A stretch of 35,020 nt of DNA from IMG/VR virus record IMGVR_UViG_3300015370_000032, positions 1 through 35,020 of that record. One strand, written 5' to 3'. Under the pieces are notes generated by a model. That model was not told the DNA's origin, ran no database searches, and saw only the letters and a program-made list of their open reading frames with translations. Position 1 is the first letter of the stretch. Each line of letters opens with the position of its first letter. The position numbers and the translations under genes were made by a program. The DNA is from a virus. Its lineage: Duplodnaviria; Caudoviricetes. Below, piece by piece: positions 9,176-18,239 of this stretch.

Positions 9176-10048
9176 AAAGAGTACCTCCTGTGTTGAGTGT
9201 TTCCCGGATTGAGCCGTCCAGGAACCGGACGACGGTGGTTGTGCATTCAATTCGGCTATAAGCCCTTCCAGGCTGCCGATGCGGTCGGCAAGACCGGCCG
9301 ATACGGCTTTTTCTCCGATGAGGATGTCTCCTCCGCCGAAGTCGGCTTCCACTGTTTCCTCGGAAACCCCGCGAAACCTGGCCACCGAGGCGATGAACAC
9401 GTCGCAGAGATCGTTGGCCCAGGATCGGATCTGCGCCTGGCCATCCTCGCTGTTCAAGTCCGGCCTTTTTTTCGGGCTCCGCTCGCTGACGATTTCGATC
9501 ACATTTTGATCCGCTGATGGCTTTTGCAAGCGGAATACAACCCCGATGCAGCCGACCATGGCGGTGGCATCGATCACAACTTCCGCACAGGCGGAGGCAG
9601 GCCAGTAACCGGCTGATGCGCATTGGCCACCGACATAGGCGATGATCGGCTTGCCAGCGGCGCGGGCGGCAAAGATCCGGTTGGCATGCTCATTGATGCC
9701 GGTGGCCTGGCCGCCCGGGGTGTCATAATGCATGATGATGGACCGGACGGAGGGATTCTCCTCGGCCAGGGTGAGGTCGGATGATATGCCGTCCACCGAA
9801 CAGACGCCGGAAATGCGCGAGAACATGGAGGCGTAGCGAATAATGGGGCCGGTGACATGGATAATGGCCACACTGCCGCGGATCTCCATATTCTGGGATT
9901 CATCCGGGCTTTCTCCGCGCTTGGCAAGCACTGCTTCCGGATCTCCGAGACGGGCGGCCACATCGCAAACCTGTTGATAGGCGGCAGGGGTGATCAGCCA
10001 GGGCTTGCCGTATACTTCGGTGGCCAGGATTGAATATTTTTTATTCAT
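8747..10048 (-). CDS. Prohead protease, S49 family (gpC-like), with C-terminal scaffold
   Basis: DTPGG, CASAGYW, GCIGV motifs; C-terminal ELARIKGV scaffold-like region. Confidence 0.93.
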   Translation of the reverse strand: MNKKYSILATEVYGKPWLITPAAYQQVCDVAARLGDPEAVLAKRGESPDESQNMEIRGSVAIIHVTGPIIRYASMFSRISGVCSVDGISSDLTLAEENPSVRSIIMHYDTPGGQATGINEHANRIFAARAAGKPIIAYVGGQCASAGYWPASACAEVVIDATAMVGCIGVVFRLQKPSADQNVIEIVSERSPKKRPDLNSEDGQAQIRSWANDLCDVFIASVARFRGVSEETVEADFGGGDILIGEKAVSAGLADRIGSLEGLIAELNAQPPSSGSWTAQSGKHSTQEVLFMNPDDLKQKHPETYATIHALGMEAGKAAVNNETTAAIDQAKADASATELARIKGVLALDKSKKTELSDTIVKLALDGATTPEAAAYKLMTEQGEVATKAAQDLAADAAQIPVIDSGSGAADTEGSAAEAKAVVDNIVAGAGR

Positions 10049-11604
10049 TCTTCATCGGTCTCCTCTTTGTCTGGCGGAGAAACGGCAGCCGGTGAATTGC
10101 CCCCCTCAATCAAGCGAAGTCCACCATCACTGCGCTGCTTTTCTTCCCGAATCCGCTGGGGCAGATTGACGGAAAAATCTCCGCCGGTGAGCCTGCGAGT
10201 CTCGGTGGTTCGGGTGGAGAAATCTTCATCGCACATCATCTTGGAGGCGGTGACCTCTTTGAGCGGATCGAGCTGGCCCATGATCGGGCCGTTCCATTCG
10301 GCCTGGCAATAGGCTGCGCGGATGGCCGAATCCTGCAGGAATCCGGGGGCCTTGATCCTGCCGGTGATTACCGCTTCGCGCAGGAACTCGATGAATATGG
10401 GCTGACAAAAATTGTTGACCAGCCAGGAGCGGCGGCGGCTGTAAAATTTCCAGGCCATCAGGAAGGCGGCGCGGGAAGCGGAATACGATTTGTTGAAACT
10501 CTTGAGGATCACGTCCGCCGGCTGCTCAATGGCCCCGCCGATCTCCTGGACAATGGCACGGAAGAACGGCTCGAACAGGGCATTGGGACGTTTCGGATCT
10601 GCAAGCTCTATTTCCTCGCCCGCAGCAAGGTCAACGATGTTGCCATGGCCCATGGCCTGCTCTCCGGATCCGAGCTGCACCTTGTTGGCCAGGGGCTTGC
10701 CATCCGGGCCGACTCCGCCGCCGAAGGCGACACCCTGGGCAGCCGGAGACTTGACAAAAACCGTCAGAAACGAGGTGACCACCGAGGCCATCAGCTCCGC
10801 ATCGGAAAGGCGGGAGAGTTGTTTGAGCTTGGGCAGCACCGAGGAGAGATAAGGGAAACCGCGCGACTGACCAACCCGTTCCCGCTCGAACAGATGGATG
10901 ATGTTCGGCCGGCCGGACTTGTCGCCGAAAAATTGCACTTCCCGCCACTGTCTGTTGTTGAACAGCGAGCCTGGATGCGTGGTCTGCACAAAACAGGAAA
11001 CGGGCTCTCCGCGCTTGTTGCGGCGAATGCCGCCTGAGATTGCTGGATCGTTGAGCATTCCGTCCGGGGTGGATACCTGATGTCCCTCAATGAGCTGTAC
11101 GGCGAGCATATAGTGGGAGGTGGAGCGTTTGATCAGCGGCAAGGCGGCAAAGACATCACCATTCATCAGCGCTGAAAGCAGAGCCAGCCCTTGGATTTCC
11201 TCGAATACCTGAGCTTTGGTGGCATCGCAATCCTTGGATCCAGCCCAAAGACGATATTCGCGCTCGGCGGTGTCCTGCCAGGCGTCGGCTTCGTCGTGCG
11301 AAAGGCCGAGAAATTCGCGGTCAATGCGTGATTGCGGAGTGAGGCCCGGCCCGACGATGGAGGTTACCGCGCCCTTGATGGCGCTGGCTGCCACCGGAAT
11401 ATTGCGATAAGCGTCTCCGGAGAACTTCCGCAGGGTATCAAGGTCGTTGTCAACATGGACATCGGAGGAGCCGTCGGACGCTGCCCAGCCACGGGTAACG
11501 CGACTGAACTGGTCGGCGGCGGCATACCCGGCGGACGAACCGATCCCGGCCGCTGTCGGGTATGGGATGCCGCGCTGATCGAGAATGAGAGATTGATTAA
11601 TCAT
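10045..11604 (-). CDS. Portal protein, lambda family
   Basis: IVGPG, GQSRGFP, SYSASRAA, LDPLKE motifs; start placed at the ATG overlapping the gpW-like stop. Confidence 0.95.
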   Translation of the reverse strand: MINQSLILDQRGIPYPTAAGIGSSAGYAAADQFSRVTRGWAASDGSSDVHVDNDLDTLRKFSGDAYRNIPVAASAIKGAVTSIVGPGLTPQSRIDREFLGLSHDEADAWQDTAEREYRLWAGSKDCDATKAQVFEEIQGLALLSALMNGDVFAALPLIKRSTSHYMLAVQLIEGHQVSTPDGMLNDPAISGGIRRNKRGEPVSCFVQTTHPGSLFNNRQWREVQFFGDKSGRPNIIHLFERERVGQSRGFPYLSSVLPKLKQLSRLSDAELMASVVTSFLTVFVKSPAAQGVAFGGGVGPDGKPLANKVQLGSGEQAMGHGNIVDLAAGEEIELADPKRPNALFEPFFRAIVQEIGGAIEQPADVILKSFNKSYSASRAAFLMAWKFYSRRRSWLVNNFCQPIFIEFLREAVITGRIKAPGFLQDSAIRAAYCQAEWNGPIMGQLDPLKEVTASKMMCDEDFSTRTTETRRLTGGDFSVNLPQRIREEKQRSDGGLRLIEGGNSPAAVSPPDKEETDEE

Positions 11605-11824
11605 CGACCGGCACCGCGCGGCGACAGCGGGTGGACCCGTCGCCTCCGTTTTCAAGGCGGGAAACCTGGACCCGCCAGTAATCGATTCGCTGGCCGATTA
11701 CATCAAGATCGGCGCGAGTGACCTTGGTTCCGGCGACCTCGTAAGCCTGGTTAACGGCAACGGCGGCCTCGGCTTCGAGCCATTTTTCGAGCATTGCTTG
11801 TGCTGTGCTGAGATCAACCGGCAT
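11597..11824 (-). CDS. Head-to-tail joining protein gpW-like (DUF6148-like)
   Basis: WLEAEAAV..NQAYEVAGTKVTRADL..I..RIDYW; SD GAGG before ATG 11824; precedes portal. Confidence 0.85.
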   Translation of the reverse strand: MPVDLSTAQAMLEKWLEAEAAVAVNQAYEVAGTKVTRADLDVIGQRIDYWRVQVSRLENGGDGSTRCRRAVPVDD

Positions 11825-11913
11825 GTGAGCCTCGCTGTGTGGGTTGCACTCAAGATGCAGCAGCGAGGAAAAAATAAAAAGGGGGTCGTATCTTGTAGAA
11901 GATATTTGCTTCC

Positions 11914-11961
11914 ACACGAAAATTCCTGTGGAAGAATTTTCGTGTACAGGAATTTTCTTGT
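11914..11961. promoter_or_regulatory. Three abutting 16-bp repeats, putative late-activator binding sites
   Basis: ACACGAAAATTCCTGT / GGAAGAATTTTCGTGT / ACAGGAATTTTCTTGT; unit 1 is inverted relative to units 2-3; upstream of the head operon. Confidence 0.6.
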
Positions 11962-12052
11962 GGGGGGAATGGGGGTGGTGATAGAGTGGTTAGGATGCTT
12001 TTACATTGATCTATTCCAGTGGAAAAGAAAAACAATCACAGGGAGGAGAATG

Positions 12053-12208
12053 ATGCAGGACAAATGGGAATTCTACAAAGACGGGGAGAAAAAATGGCGC
12101 TGGAGACGCACCGCATCGAACGGGAGAATTGTGGGAGCCTCTACGCAAGGGTATGTAAACAAAGCAGACTGCGAAGCTAATGCCAGGATAAATGGCTGGA
12201 AGGGTTGA
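12053..12208 (+). CDS. YegP/DUF1508 family protein (moron)
   Basis: WEFYKD..KKWRWRRTASNGRIVGASTQGY..KADC motif; SD GGAGG. Confidence 0.9.
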   Translation: MQDKWEFYKDGEKKWRWRRTASNGRIVGASTQGYVNKADCEANARINGWKG

Positions 12209-12312
12209 AACCAGACATAAACCAAAATATCGGCCTGGTGCTACGCTAAAATTCTATCTCGGCCAACAAGAGGGTGGTGATCTTGAAGCCGCCGCGCTCC
12301 ACGGTATTCAAT

Positions 12313-12786
12313 ATGACAACAGAAACAATGAATCTTATTGCTGTAATTGTCGGTCCAATTATTGCTGTTATAATTACTTTGCTGTATCAAAAGCATAAAG
12401 AGAAGCAAGATACTAAACATAGGGCGTTCCTACTCTTGATGGCCCATCGAAAGTCGATTCCCCCGAATTTCGCAATGGTTGAGGTTCTTAATACCCTTGA
12501 TGTTGTTTTTTCAAAAAATCAAAAAGTTGTGGATCTTTGGCACAAATATTATACGCTTCTTGCTCAACCACCATCTCAGGAGAGAGAGCATACCTGGCTG
12601 GAGCTTCTATCTGAAATAGCCAATGATCTGGACTATCCAACAGTGAAACAAACTGATCTTGATAAGTTTTACATACCACAAGGCCATATTGATCAATTTG
12701 AACTTCAGGGGAAAATACAAAAGGAGCTTTTAAGGGTTTTAGAAAACACTTCAAAGTTCGTTGTTGCTCAGAAAAAAACACCTTAG
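12313..12786 (+). CDS. DUF6680-like protein with N-terminal membrane anchor (moron)
   Basis: AVIVGPIIAV TM segment, F..LMAHR, LNTLDVVF, LL.EIA..L.Y motifs; visibly AT-rich. Confidence 0.75.
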   Translation: MTTETMNLIAVIVGPIIAVIITLLYQKHKEKQDTKHRAFLLLMAHRKSIPPNFAMVEVLNTLDVVFSKNQKVVDLWHKYYTLLAQPPSQEREHTWLELLSEIANDLDYPTVKQTDLDKFYIPQGHIDQFELQGKIQKELLRVLENTSKFVVAQKKTP

Positions 12787-12792
12787 GTTATC

Positions 12793-13056
12793 TCACCCAC
12801 CCATTGCTCGCTGCCGAACCGGATCAACCTGCACGGACTTGATGGTTATATCCATTCTGTGAAGCGGGCAATCCTGGTTGCTACACTTGTGGTAGCGCGT
12901 TTTGAATCCATCCTCCCAGGGCAGGGAACCGGTAATCCTGGCGCGAGGAGTGGCGCAGTGTGGACAGGTGGCGCCATCCTGGGCGGAGTAATCAACCCCA
13001 CTCTTGGCTTCGTTGGTTGCGGAGAGCAGTTTTTCTTCATAAGCATCTGTTGTCAT
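12793..13056 (-). CDS. Ogr/Delta-like zinc-finger late transcription activator
   Basis: CPHC...RYHKCSNQDC pattern; follows the large terminase. Confidence 0.7.
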   Translation of the reverse strand: MTTDAYEEKLLSATNEAKSGVDYSAQDGATCPHCATPRARITGSLPWEDGFKTRYHKCSNQDCPLHRMDITIKSVQVDPVRQRAMGG

Positions 13057-13074
13057 ATCGTTGTTTCCTCTTGG

Positions 13075-15003
13075 TTAAGCTTCCACGCCTTTACTGCGCA
13101 CCCTTCGTCCTGAACTGTCTTCCTGCACTTCCTCCGGCCTGGGCCAGAACTTCACCTCCACCAGATCCGCCAGGGCCAGGTTGTAGACCTCGACATCAAA
13201 AGCGTGGTTTGCTTTCCCCTCCGGACACTCCCACAACCCCTTTCCGTTGACGAACTCGACGCACATCTGCTGGGCCCACTCCGAGTTGTAGTCTTTGTGC
13301 AGATGCCATGCTCCCGGATCTGCCGGGAAGATTTCCAGCTTGGTGGCAAGGTTGTCTTTGAAATAATTGGTGTTGATCCGGAGGAGCTGCACGCCGCCCG
13401 GGATCGCCTTTTTCGTGCCGGGGTAGGTGGTGATCGTTGTCCAGGAAAACGGGGTGGCCATGCGCTCCTCGCCTTTGAGCGGCACGATCTTTCCCTTTCT
13501 GGCCCGGCACCAGTCGTAGACCTCCTTGGTGCGGTGGCCCATTGCGTCGATGGCGCAGAAGTGCAGAACATATTTCCGGCCGGAGGCGTCCAGGTATTCA
13601 TCCTGCCAGAAGACCTTTTCCAGGGCCTCGAAGGTATCGACAAACCCCTCGCGGATCAGCCAGCTTTCCTGCTCAAGGCCATAGCCCCAGGCCCTGATCT
13701 TGTAATAAAACCCGTTGTCCTGGGTGTCGGCGGTGCCGAGCAGGCAGGCCACTTGATTGCCTGCCGGCACCAGGCCGCGGGGGCGGTCGTCGCAGAGGGC
13801 GAGGATTTTATCTTCTTCCCGTTCCTGGTGATGCTCCAGCCACGGCTCCGCCTTGTAGCGGTTGCAAAAATCCTTGTGGGCGTTGAGGTCGATTACCTTG
13901 GTGCCGGGCTTGCGGCACTTGAGCCAGGCGGCGGCGATCTCGGCCAGCGGAACGAAGGGAGACAGCCAGGAGGGGAGGTGGAAGCCTATCTTGCGGGGGC
14001 GGACAGCCTCCAGATAGGCGAAGAGTTCCCGGCCATCCGGCTTGTCCGGATCGCTGCTCTTTGCCACCCAGCCGCCGAGGCGCACTGCCTGGTCGCGGTG
14101 GTGGTCGTCCCAGTGCGCTCCGCAATGTTCGCATTCGTACCAGGCGAGCCCCTGGGCCTCAATGATGTTCGGATCGCGCTCATCCTCCGGCCAGTGGATC
14201 CGCTCGAAGGACATAACCTGCCGACCGCTGCAGGATGGACAGCACACCTGATATTCGAAAATCACCTGCGCATTCTGCAGAGACTGCCAGATATATCCTG
14301 ATTCCACCGAGGGGGTGGAGATCTTCCATATCTTGTAGTTCCAGCGGTAGGTGGTTTTTCTGGCTTCTCCCAATCGGATGGGATCGGTTTCCCGGTTGTT
14401 TGACTCGGGGTATTTGTCGGTTTCATCGAAAACGATGTAGCGGATCGGCTTGTTGCTCAGGCGGGAAACCGACCTGGCCCAGGCCATATAAATTGGCATG
14501 TGCTTGAGATTGATCCGCATGGATGATGCGTCATCCATGCGGCCGGTCATGGTTTCGCGCAGCCGCCGCGACGATGTGAACATGGGCTGGATGCGGTCGT
14601 TGCAGTTCTCTTTGGAGACCTCCTGGTCCGGGAAAACATACATCACCGGGCCCGGGTCACGGTCAGCCGCATAGCCGATGCAGTTGTTTACGCCCTCGGA
14701 GCCGCCTGTCTGCGGAGACTTGCACATGGCAATCTCGCGGACCGAGACAAAAAACGAGGCATCCATGATCCCGGCCAAGTACGGGGTGATGTCGTTCCGC
14801 CACGGCCCGGCCAGTGAGCTCATGGTCAAGACGCGATGCTTCTCACACCATTCCGACACCTTGATCTTGCGCCGCTTGCGAAAGACGCGCCGCTCCGCCG
14901 CCGAAAACCGGAAGGAGATGCGCACCGGTGCCGGCCGCTGGTGCAGCGACAGCGGCAGCCATGGGCGGGATCCGGTAAGGGTGATTGGTTGGGGGATGGT
15001 CAT
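13075..15003 (-). CDS. Terminase large subunit, lambda gpA family
   Basis: TPYL, Walker A KSPQTGGSE, Walker B FDETD, ISTP, zinc motifs, C-terminal NHAFD. Confidence 0.97.
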   Translation of the reverse strand: MTIPQPITLTGSRPWLPLSLHQRPAPVRISFRFSAAERRVFRKRRKIKVSEWCEKHRVLTMSSLAGPWRNDITPYLAGIMDASFFVSVREIAMCKSPQTGGSEGVNNCIGYAADRDPGPVMYVFPDQEVSKENCNDRIQPMFTSSRRLRETMTGRMDDASSMRINLKHMPIYMAWARSVSRLSNKPIRYIVFDETDKYPESNNRETDPIRLGEARKTTYRWNYKIWKISTPSVESGYIWQSLQNAQVIFEYQVCCPSCSGRQVMSFERIHWPEDERDPNIIEAQGLAWYECEHCGAHWDDHHRDQAVRLGGWVAKSSDPDKPDGRELFAYLEAVRPRKIGFHLPSWLSPFVPLAEIAAAWLKCRKPGTKVIDLNAHKDFCNRYKAEPWLEHHQEREEDKILALCDDRPRGLVPAGNQVACLLGTADTQDNGFYYKIRAWGYGLEQESWLIREGFVDTFEALEKVFWQDEYLDASGRKYVLHFCAIDAMGHRTKEVYDWCRARKGKIVPLKGEERMATPFSWTTITTYPGTKKAIPGGVQLLRINTNYFKDNLATKLEIFPADPGAWHLHKDYNSEWAQQMCVEFVNGKGLWECPEGKANHAFDVEVYNLALADLVEVKFWPRPEEVQEDSSGRRVRSKGVEA

Positions 15004-15139
15004 TTATTTATTTTCCGCAATACGAGCAAGAAGGAATAGCCGAGAAATGCTTTGTTTCGGTTGGAGAATTTAGAACCTCACTCATGATGATCAAGCTCCT
15101 TTGTGCCTCAATTTTTCGCTTTTTTGAGCGACAAATTAA

Positions 15140-15451
15140 TTACGCTCTCAACTCCAGCACCGGACCGAGGCTGATCAGAAAATACTTGTCAGCCGTTATC
15201 TCTTCACCGTGCATGGGCGCGATGAAGTCATTGCGATAAACGGTTAAGCTGTGGAGCTTTACCCGAATGAACGGCGCATTCCGAGAGTGTCCGTTTCGGA
15301 AGTGAACCTCTGTGAAGTCCTGCCGAATAGCACCGTTGGCCATCAGCCGTGACACCCAATATGGCTTGAATTCCCGGTACTCTACTGTCTTTTGTCCGGA
15401 GGCTATCAGGTCAAACCACTTCTTCTTGAGAGTCAAATTTAGAATGGCCAT
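15140..15451 (-). CDS. ASCH domain protein
   Basis: LTLKKKWFDLIASGQKTVEYR (GxKxxExR) motif. Confidence 0.9.
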   Translation of the reverse strand: MAILNLTLKKKWFDLIASGQKTVEYREFKPYWVSRLMANGAIRQDFTEVHFRNGHSRNAPFIRVKLHSLTVYRNDFIAPMHGEEITADKYFLISLGPVLELRA

Positions 15452-15460
15452 ATTCTCTCC

Positions 15461-15688
15461 TTACAGTCTCGCCGGAACACGGACCAGAGACACCTCGCCA
15501 GGAATGACGCGCTCCAGATCCCCGTCTTCCGTCCGCAAAATCTTTGGCGTCCCGAAGGTCTTCTTGATGGAAACCTTGCAGGCCGGGCACTGAAAAACAT
15601 CTTTCGGCATGATCATTCCGGAGATGGTCTCAAGCCACATCTCGAAGAGGTTTTCCGCTCCGCATTCTCCGCAGGTTATTGTGCACAT
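15461..15688 (-). CDS. Small zinc-finger protein
   Basis: 75 aa from ATG 15688 (SD AGGAG); CGEC and CPAC pairs. Confidence 0.7.
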   Translation of the reverse strand: MCTITCGECGAENLFEMWLETISGMIMPKDVFQCPACKVSIKKTFGTPKILRTEDGDLERVIPGEVSLVRVPARL

Positions 15689-16611
15689 TCGCTTTCTCCT
15701 GGGAATTCCATGTGCTCCTTTCCGTCCAACAGACGACCGGCTGCTTTCTTTCCGACGCGGTATGATCTGGTCCCATCTCCCCAGACGTGATACATGGCGT
15801 TTCTGCTGGACAGTGCTGTAAAGGGGCTGGATGTAAAATCTGCTTGCGATTGGTGGCTCCATTCCCCCCATTGCTTGAAGAAAAAAGGTATTTTTGCGTC
15901 GGTGCATTGGTAACGCAGAAAGTTTACCCACTCAGGAGACAGCGCCCTGGCTTCATGCCCTGATTCACCACCGCAGATGACCAGGTCAACACAAGGAACA
16001 GGTCTAAACCGAGAGTGTGCCGCCGCTTCCCGGTTGCAGTGGCGCAGGATGTTTACCGGTCCAAGCATCGGCTCTATGGAAATAAACTTGTGAGCAACCT
16101 GCAGGCCGCACAGGATAGGAATGCTCCTGTCTGCGCTGGCCTGATCCCAAACCGTTACCCCGAACCAGAAGCAATCTTGAAGCGTCTCAACGGAGTAGGT
16201 GGACTCGCTGTTCATCCATTGAAAAAACTCCGCCATCCGCTCTGGCCGCTTGGTAAGGATCATGTAGCGGTGATGTGGAGCCATTGCCGCATAGGTGAGA
16301 ACGGCCTGGATGTACCCAAACGGAACCAAAGGGTGGAACAGGTCGCTGCGTTCGGTCACGAACCAGACGGTTGGCTTTTTGATTGTACTCGGCAGCTTGA
16401 GCTGATCTCTGCATATCATCACCATGCCATTCCATTTTCCTTCCTGGTTGGTCAGTCCGCGAAGGGAAGGGAGCGAATCTTTAAACCTGTGAGCATATTT
16501 GGCGGCAAAGCAGTTATCGCAGGCAGGCGAGCAGGGCGTGCAACCTTCCAGCACAGGCCAGTTGCGATCCCACCACAACCCTTTTGCAATGCGTTTTTCA
16601 GATGGCTTCAT
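15676..16611 (-). CDS. Phage Gp37/Gp68 (DUF5131) family protein
   Basis: GCTPCSPACDNCFA, SDLFH, LTKRPERM, SIEPMLGP, GGESG, PFFFKQWG motifs. Confidence 0.93.
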   Translation of the reverse strand: MKPSEKRIAKGLWWDRNWPVLEGCTPCSPACDNCFAAKYAHRFKDSLPSLRGLTNQEGKWNGMVMICRDQLKLPSTIKKPTVWFVTERSDLFHPLVPFGYIQAVLTYAAMAPHHRYMILTKRPERMAEFFQWMNSESTYSVETLQDCFWFGVTVWDQASADRSIPILCGLQVAHKFISIEPMLGPVNILRHCNREAAAHSRFRPVPCVDLVICGGESGHEARALSPEWVNFLRYQCTDAKIPFFFKQWGEWSHQSQADFTSSPFTALSSRNAMYHVWGDGTRSYRVGKKAAGRLLDGKEHMEFPGESECAQ

Positions 16612-17446
16612 GGTGACAAGCTCCTTTTGTTTTCCTCTTGCGTCCTCTACCCGGGTGTGTCCTGATCCCGGCTTTTGCTTCAAGTTTTGCCAGGGCCAGC
16701 ACCGAAGGTTTCAATTCTGCCGGTGTGGCTTGATAGTTGAGCAGGTTCAGGCACAACAGCTCCTTGCGGTTGAGCAGCATCAGATTTTCAGGATTGCAAT
16801 TGAGCTTGTCGCCATCGATAAAGGACACCACATGCCCCTTGGGCACCGGGCCGTTATTTTTCTCCCAGACATGGACGTGCTTGTGTTTGTACCGGGTCGG
16901 GAACCCGGTATATGGGTTGGTCTCGGCGATCTTTATAAGCACAAACCCGTCTTTCGAGCAGATTCTTTCGGTGCCGAGCGGCTTCCGGTTTTTCGGCACA
17001 CTGCCTTTTTTGAAGCTGGTCCGGTTGGGCCCCATGTAGCCTTTAACTCCCTTGTTCCATGATTTTTGCCCCTTCACGAACCTTCCGGTATTGCCGGAGG
17101 TAATTCCCCGGTTATGGACAAAGGTTTTGATCTGGCGTTCCGTCATGTCTGCGCCGAACCATTTATTGAACACGCCGGTCAACTCGGCCACGCTTCGGCC
17201 CATATAGTTGTACCGTAGAAAAAATACCTGCTCCGCGGTGTACAAATGCGCGGAGTAGATCCGCTCGCCGTATTTTCGGCCGCAAGTGATGCGGTGATTA
17301 TTCAATGCCGCCTTGATCTGGGTCTCCGTCTTTTCCAAGTCAAATTTCGCATTGAACGCAGGAGTGAGCTGCCGGATAGACATTGTGGCGTATCCGGTCC
17401 GCAGGAAAGCCAGCTGCTCTACCGTGTACCTATTCCGCCGCTTCAT
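16598..17446 (-). CDS. HNH endonuclease (HNH_3-like) with duplicated N-terminal helical DNA-binding repeats
   Basis: HVHVWE...GPVPKG..VSFIDGDKLN..PENL; GRFVKG..WNKG motifs. Confidence 0.9.
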   Translation of the reverse strand: MKRRNRYTVEQLAFLRTGYATMSIRQLTPAFNAKFDLEKTETQIKAALNNHRITCGRKYGERIYSAHLYTAEQVFFLRYNYMGRSVAELTGVFNKWFGADMTERQIKTFVHNRGITSGNTGRFVKGQKSWNKGVKGYMGPNRTSFKKGSVPKNRKPLGTERICSKDGFVLIKIAETNPYTGFPTRYKHKHVHVWEKNNGPVPKGHVVSFIDGDKLNCNPENLMLLNRKELLCLNLLNYQATPAELKPSVLALAKLEAKAGIRTHPGRGRKRKTKGACHHEAI

Positions 17447-17675
17447 TGACTGCACCGATCATCATGAGTGGAGCACGGCGGATCAAGCCGTCGTTAAGCG
17501 CTTTCTGTGCGTTCAACACCAAAGTTGCATTGCCGATGATGTGACTCGCTACCTGTGATACTGCCCTGGCGCGTTCGATCTCTTCTTTTAATGCTTCCCC
17601 TTTTATTTCTTCGTCGGACAGTCGCTCTAACTGGCAAAACAAGTGGTCATTGAGATCAGTCAGTTTATTCTTCAT
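17430..17675 (-). CDS. Conserved phage hypothetical protein (usually upstream of HNH_3 genes)
   Basis: MKNKLTDLNDHLF.QLERL...EEI.RA.AV motif; SD AGGAG. Confidence 0.8.
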   Translation of the reverse strand: MKNKLTDLNDHLFCQLERLSDEEIKGEALKEEIERARAVSQVASHIIGNATLVLNAQKALNDGLIRRAPLMMIGAVNEAAE

Positions 17676-17707
17676 GATGTTTCTCCTTTTTTTGTCGTCA
17701 TCTTGGT

Positions 17708-18154
17708 TCATCGCACCCCAAACAGGGCCAGAAGATACCCCCGGTTCTGGTTCTGGTCGCTGTTGGCCCGGTACACCGTGAGCCTGTCCCACAGCCACAA
17801 CGCCTTGCTGATCGAGAGCTTCATAACCTTGTGGCTCAGGAGCGACATGGCCTGGTGGTTGTCCTTGCTGGTATGCTCGGCAAGCGCGGCGGCAATGCGC
17901 GGGGCGATTCCGGCAATGCTTCCCGGATCAACTTTCATGCCGGTGGTGGCGGCGATCAGCAGCAGGATCTCCGCCTCGCTGAAACTGCCATCGATCATCG
18001 CTTCCATGCCGAGCAGATCCAGCAGGGCATGGTAAAAGCGCAGGTCGCTGCTCACCTGTCCTGAAAGAGCGTTTTTCTTTCCACCGTGGCGCCGCGCCAG
18101 CTCATCAACAGTCGACTGCGGGATTGTTATGCTGTTTTTGACTGTTTTTTTCAT
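17708..18154 (-). CDS. Hypothetical protein with ribbon-helix-helix-like N-terminus
   Basis: KNSITIPQSTVDELARR beta-helix pattern; start placed at ATG 18154. Confidence 0.55.
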   Translation of the reverse strand: MKKTVKNSITIPQSTVDELARRHGGKKNALSGQVSSDLRFYHALLDLLGMEAMIDGSFSEAEILLLIAATTGMKVDPGSIAGIAPRIAAALAEHTSKDNHQAMSLLSHKVMKLSISKALWLWDRLTVYRANSDQNQNRGYLLALFGVR

Positions 18155-18239
18155 TTTTCGTTTCTTTGAGTTTTCAGGATAACTCTCTGTTTTTTCGATA
18201 ATAACAGGCAAAAAATACCTTGTTTTATGGTGGGATGAT

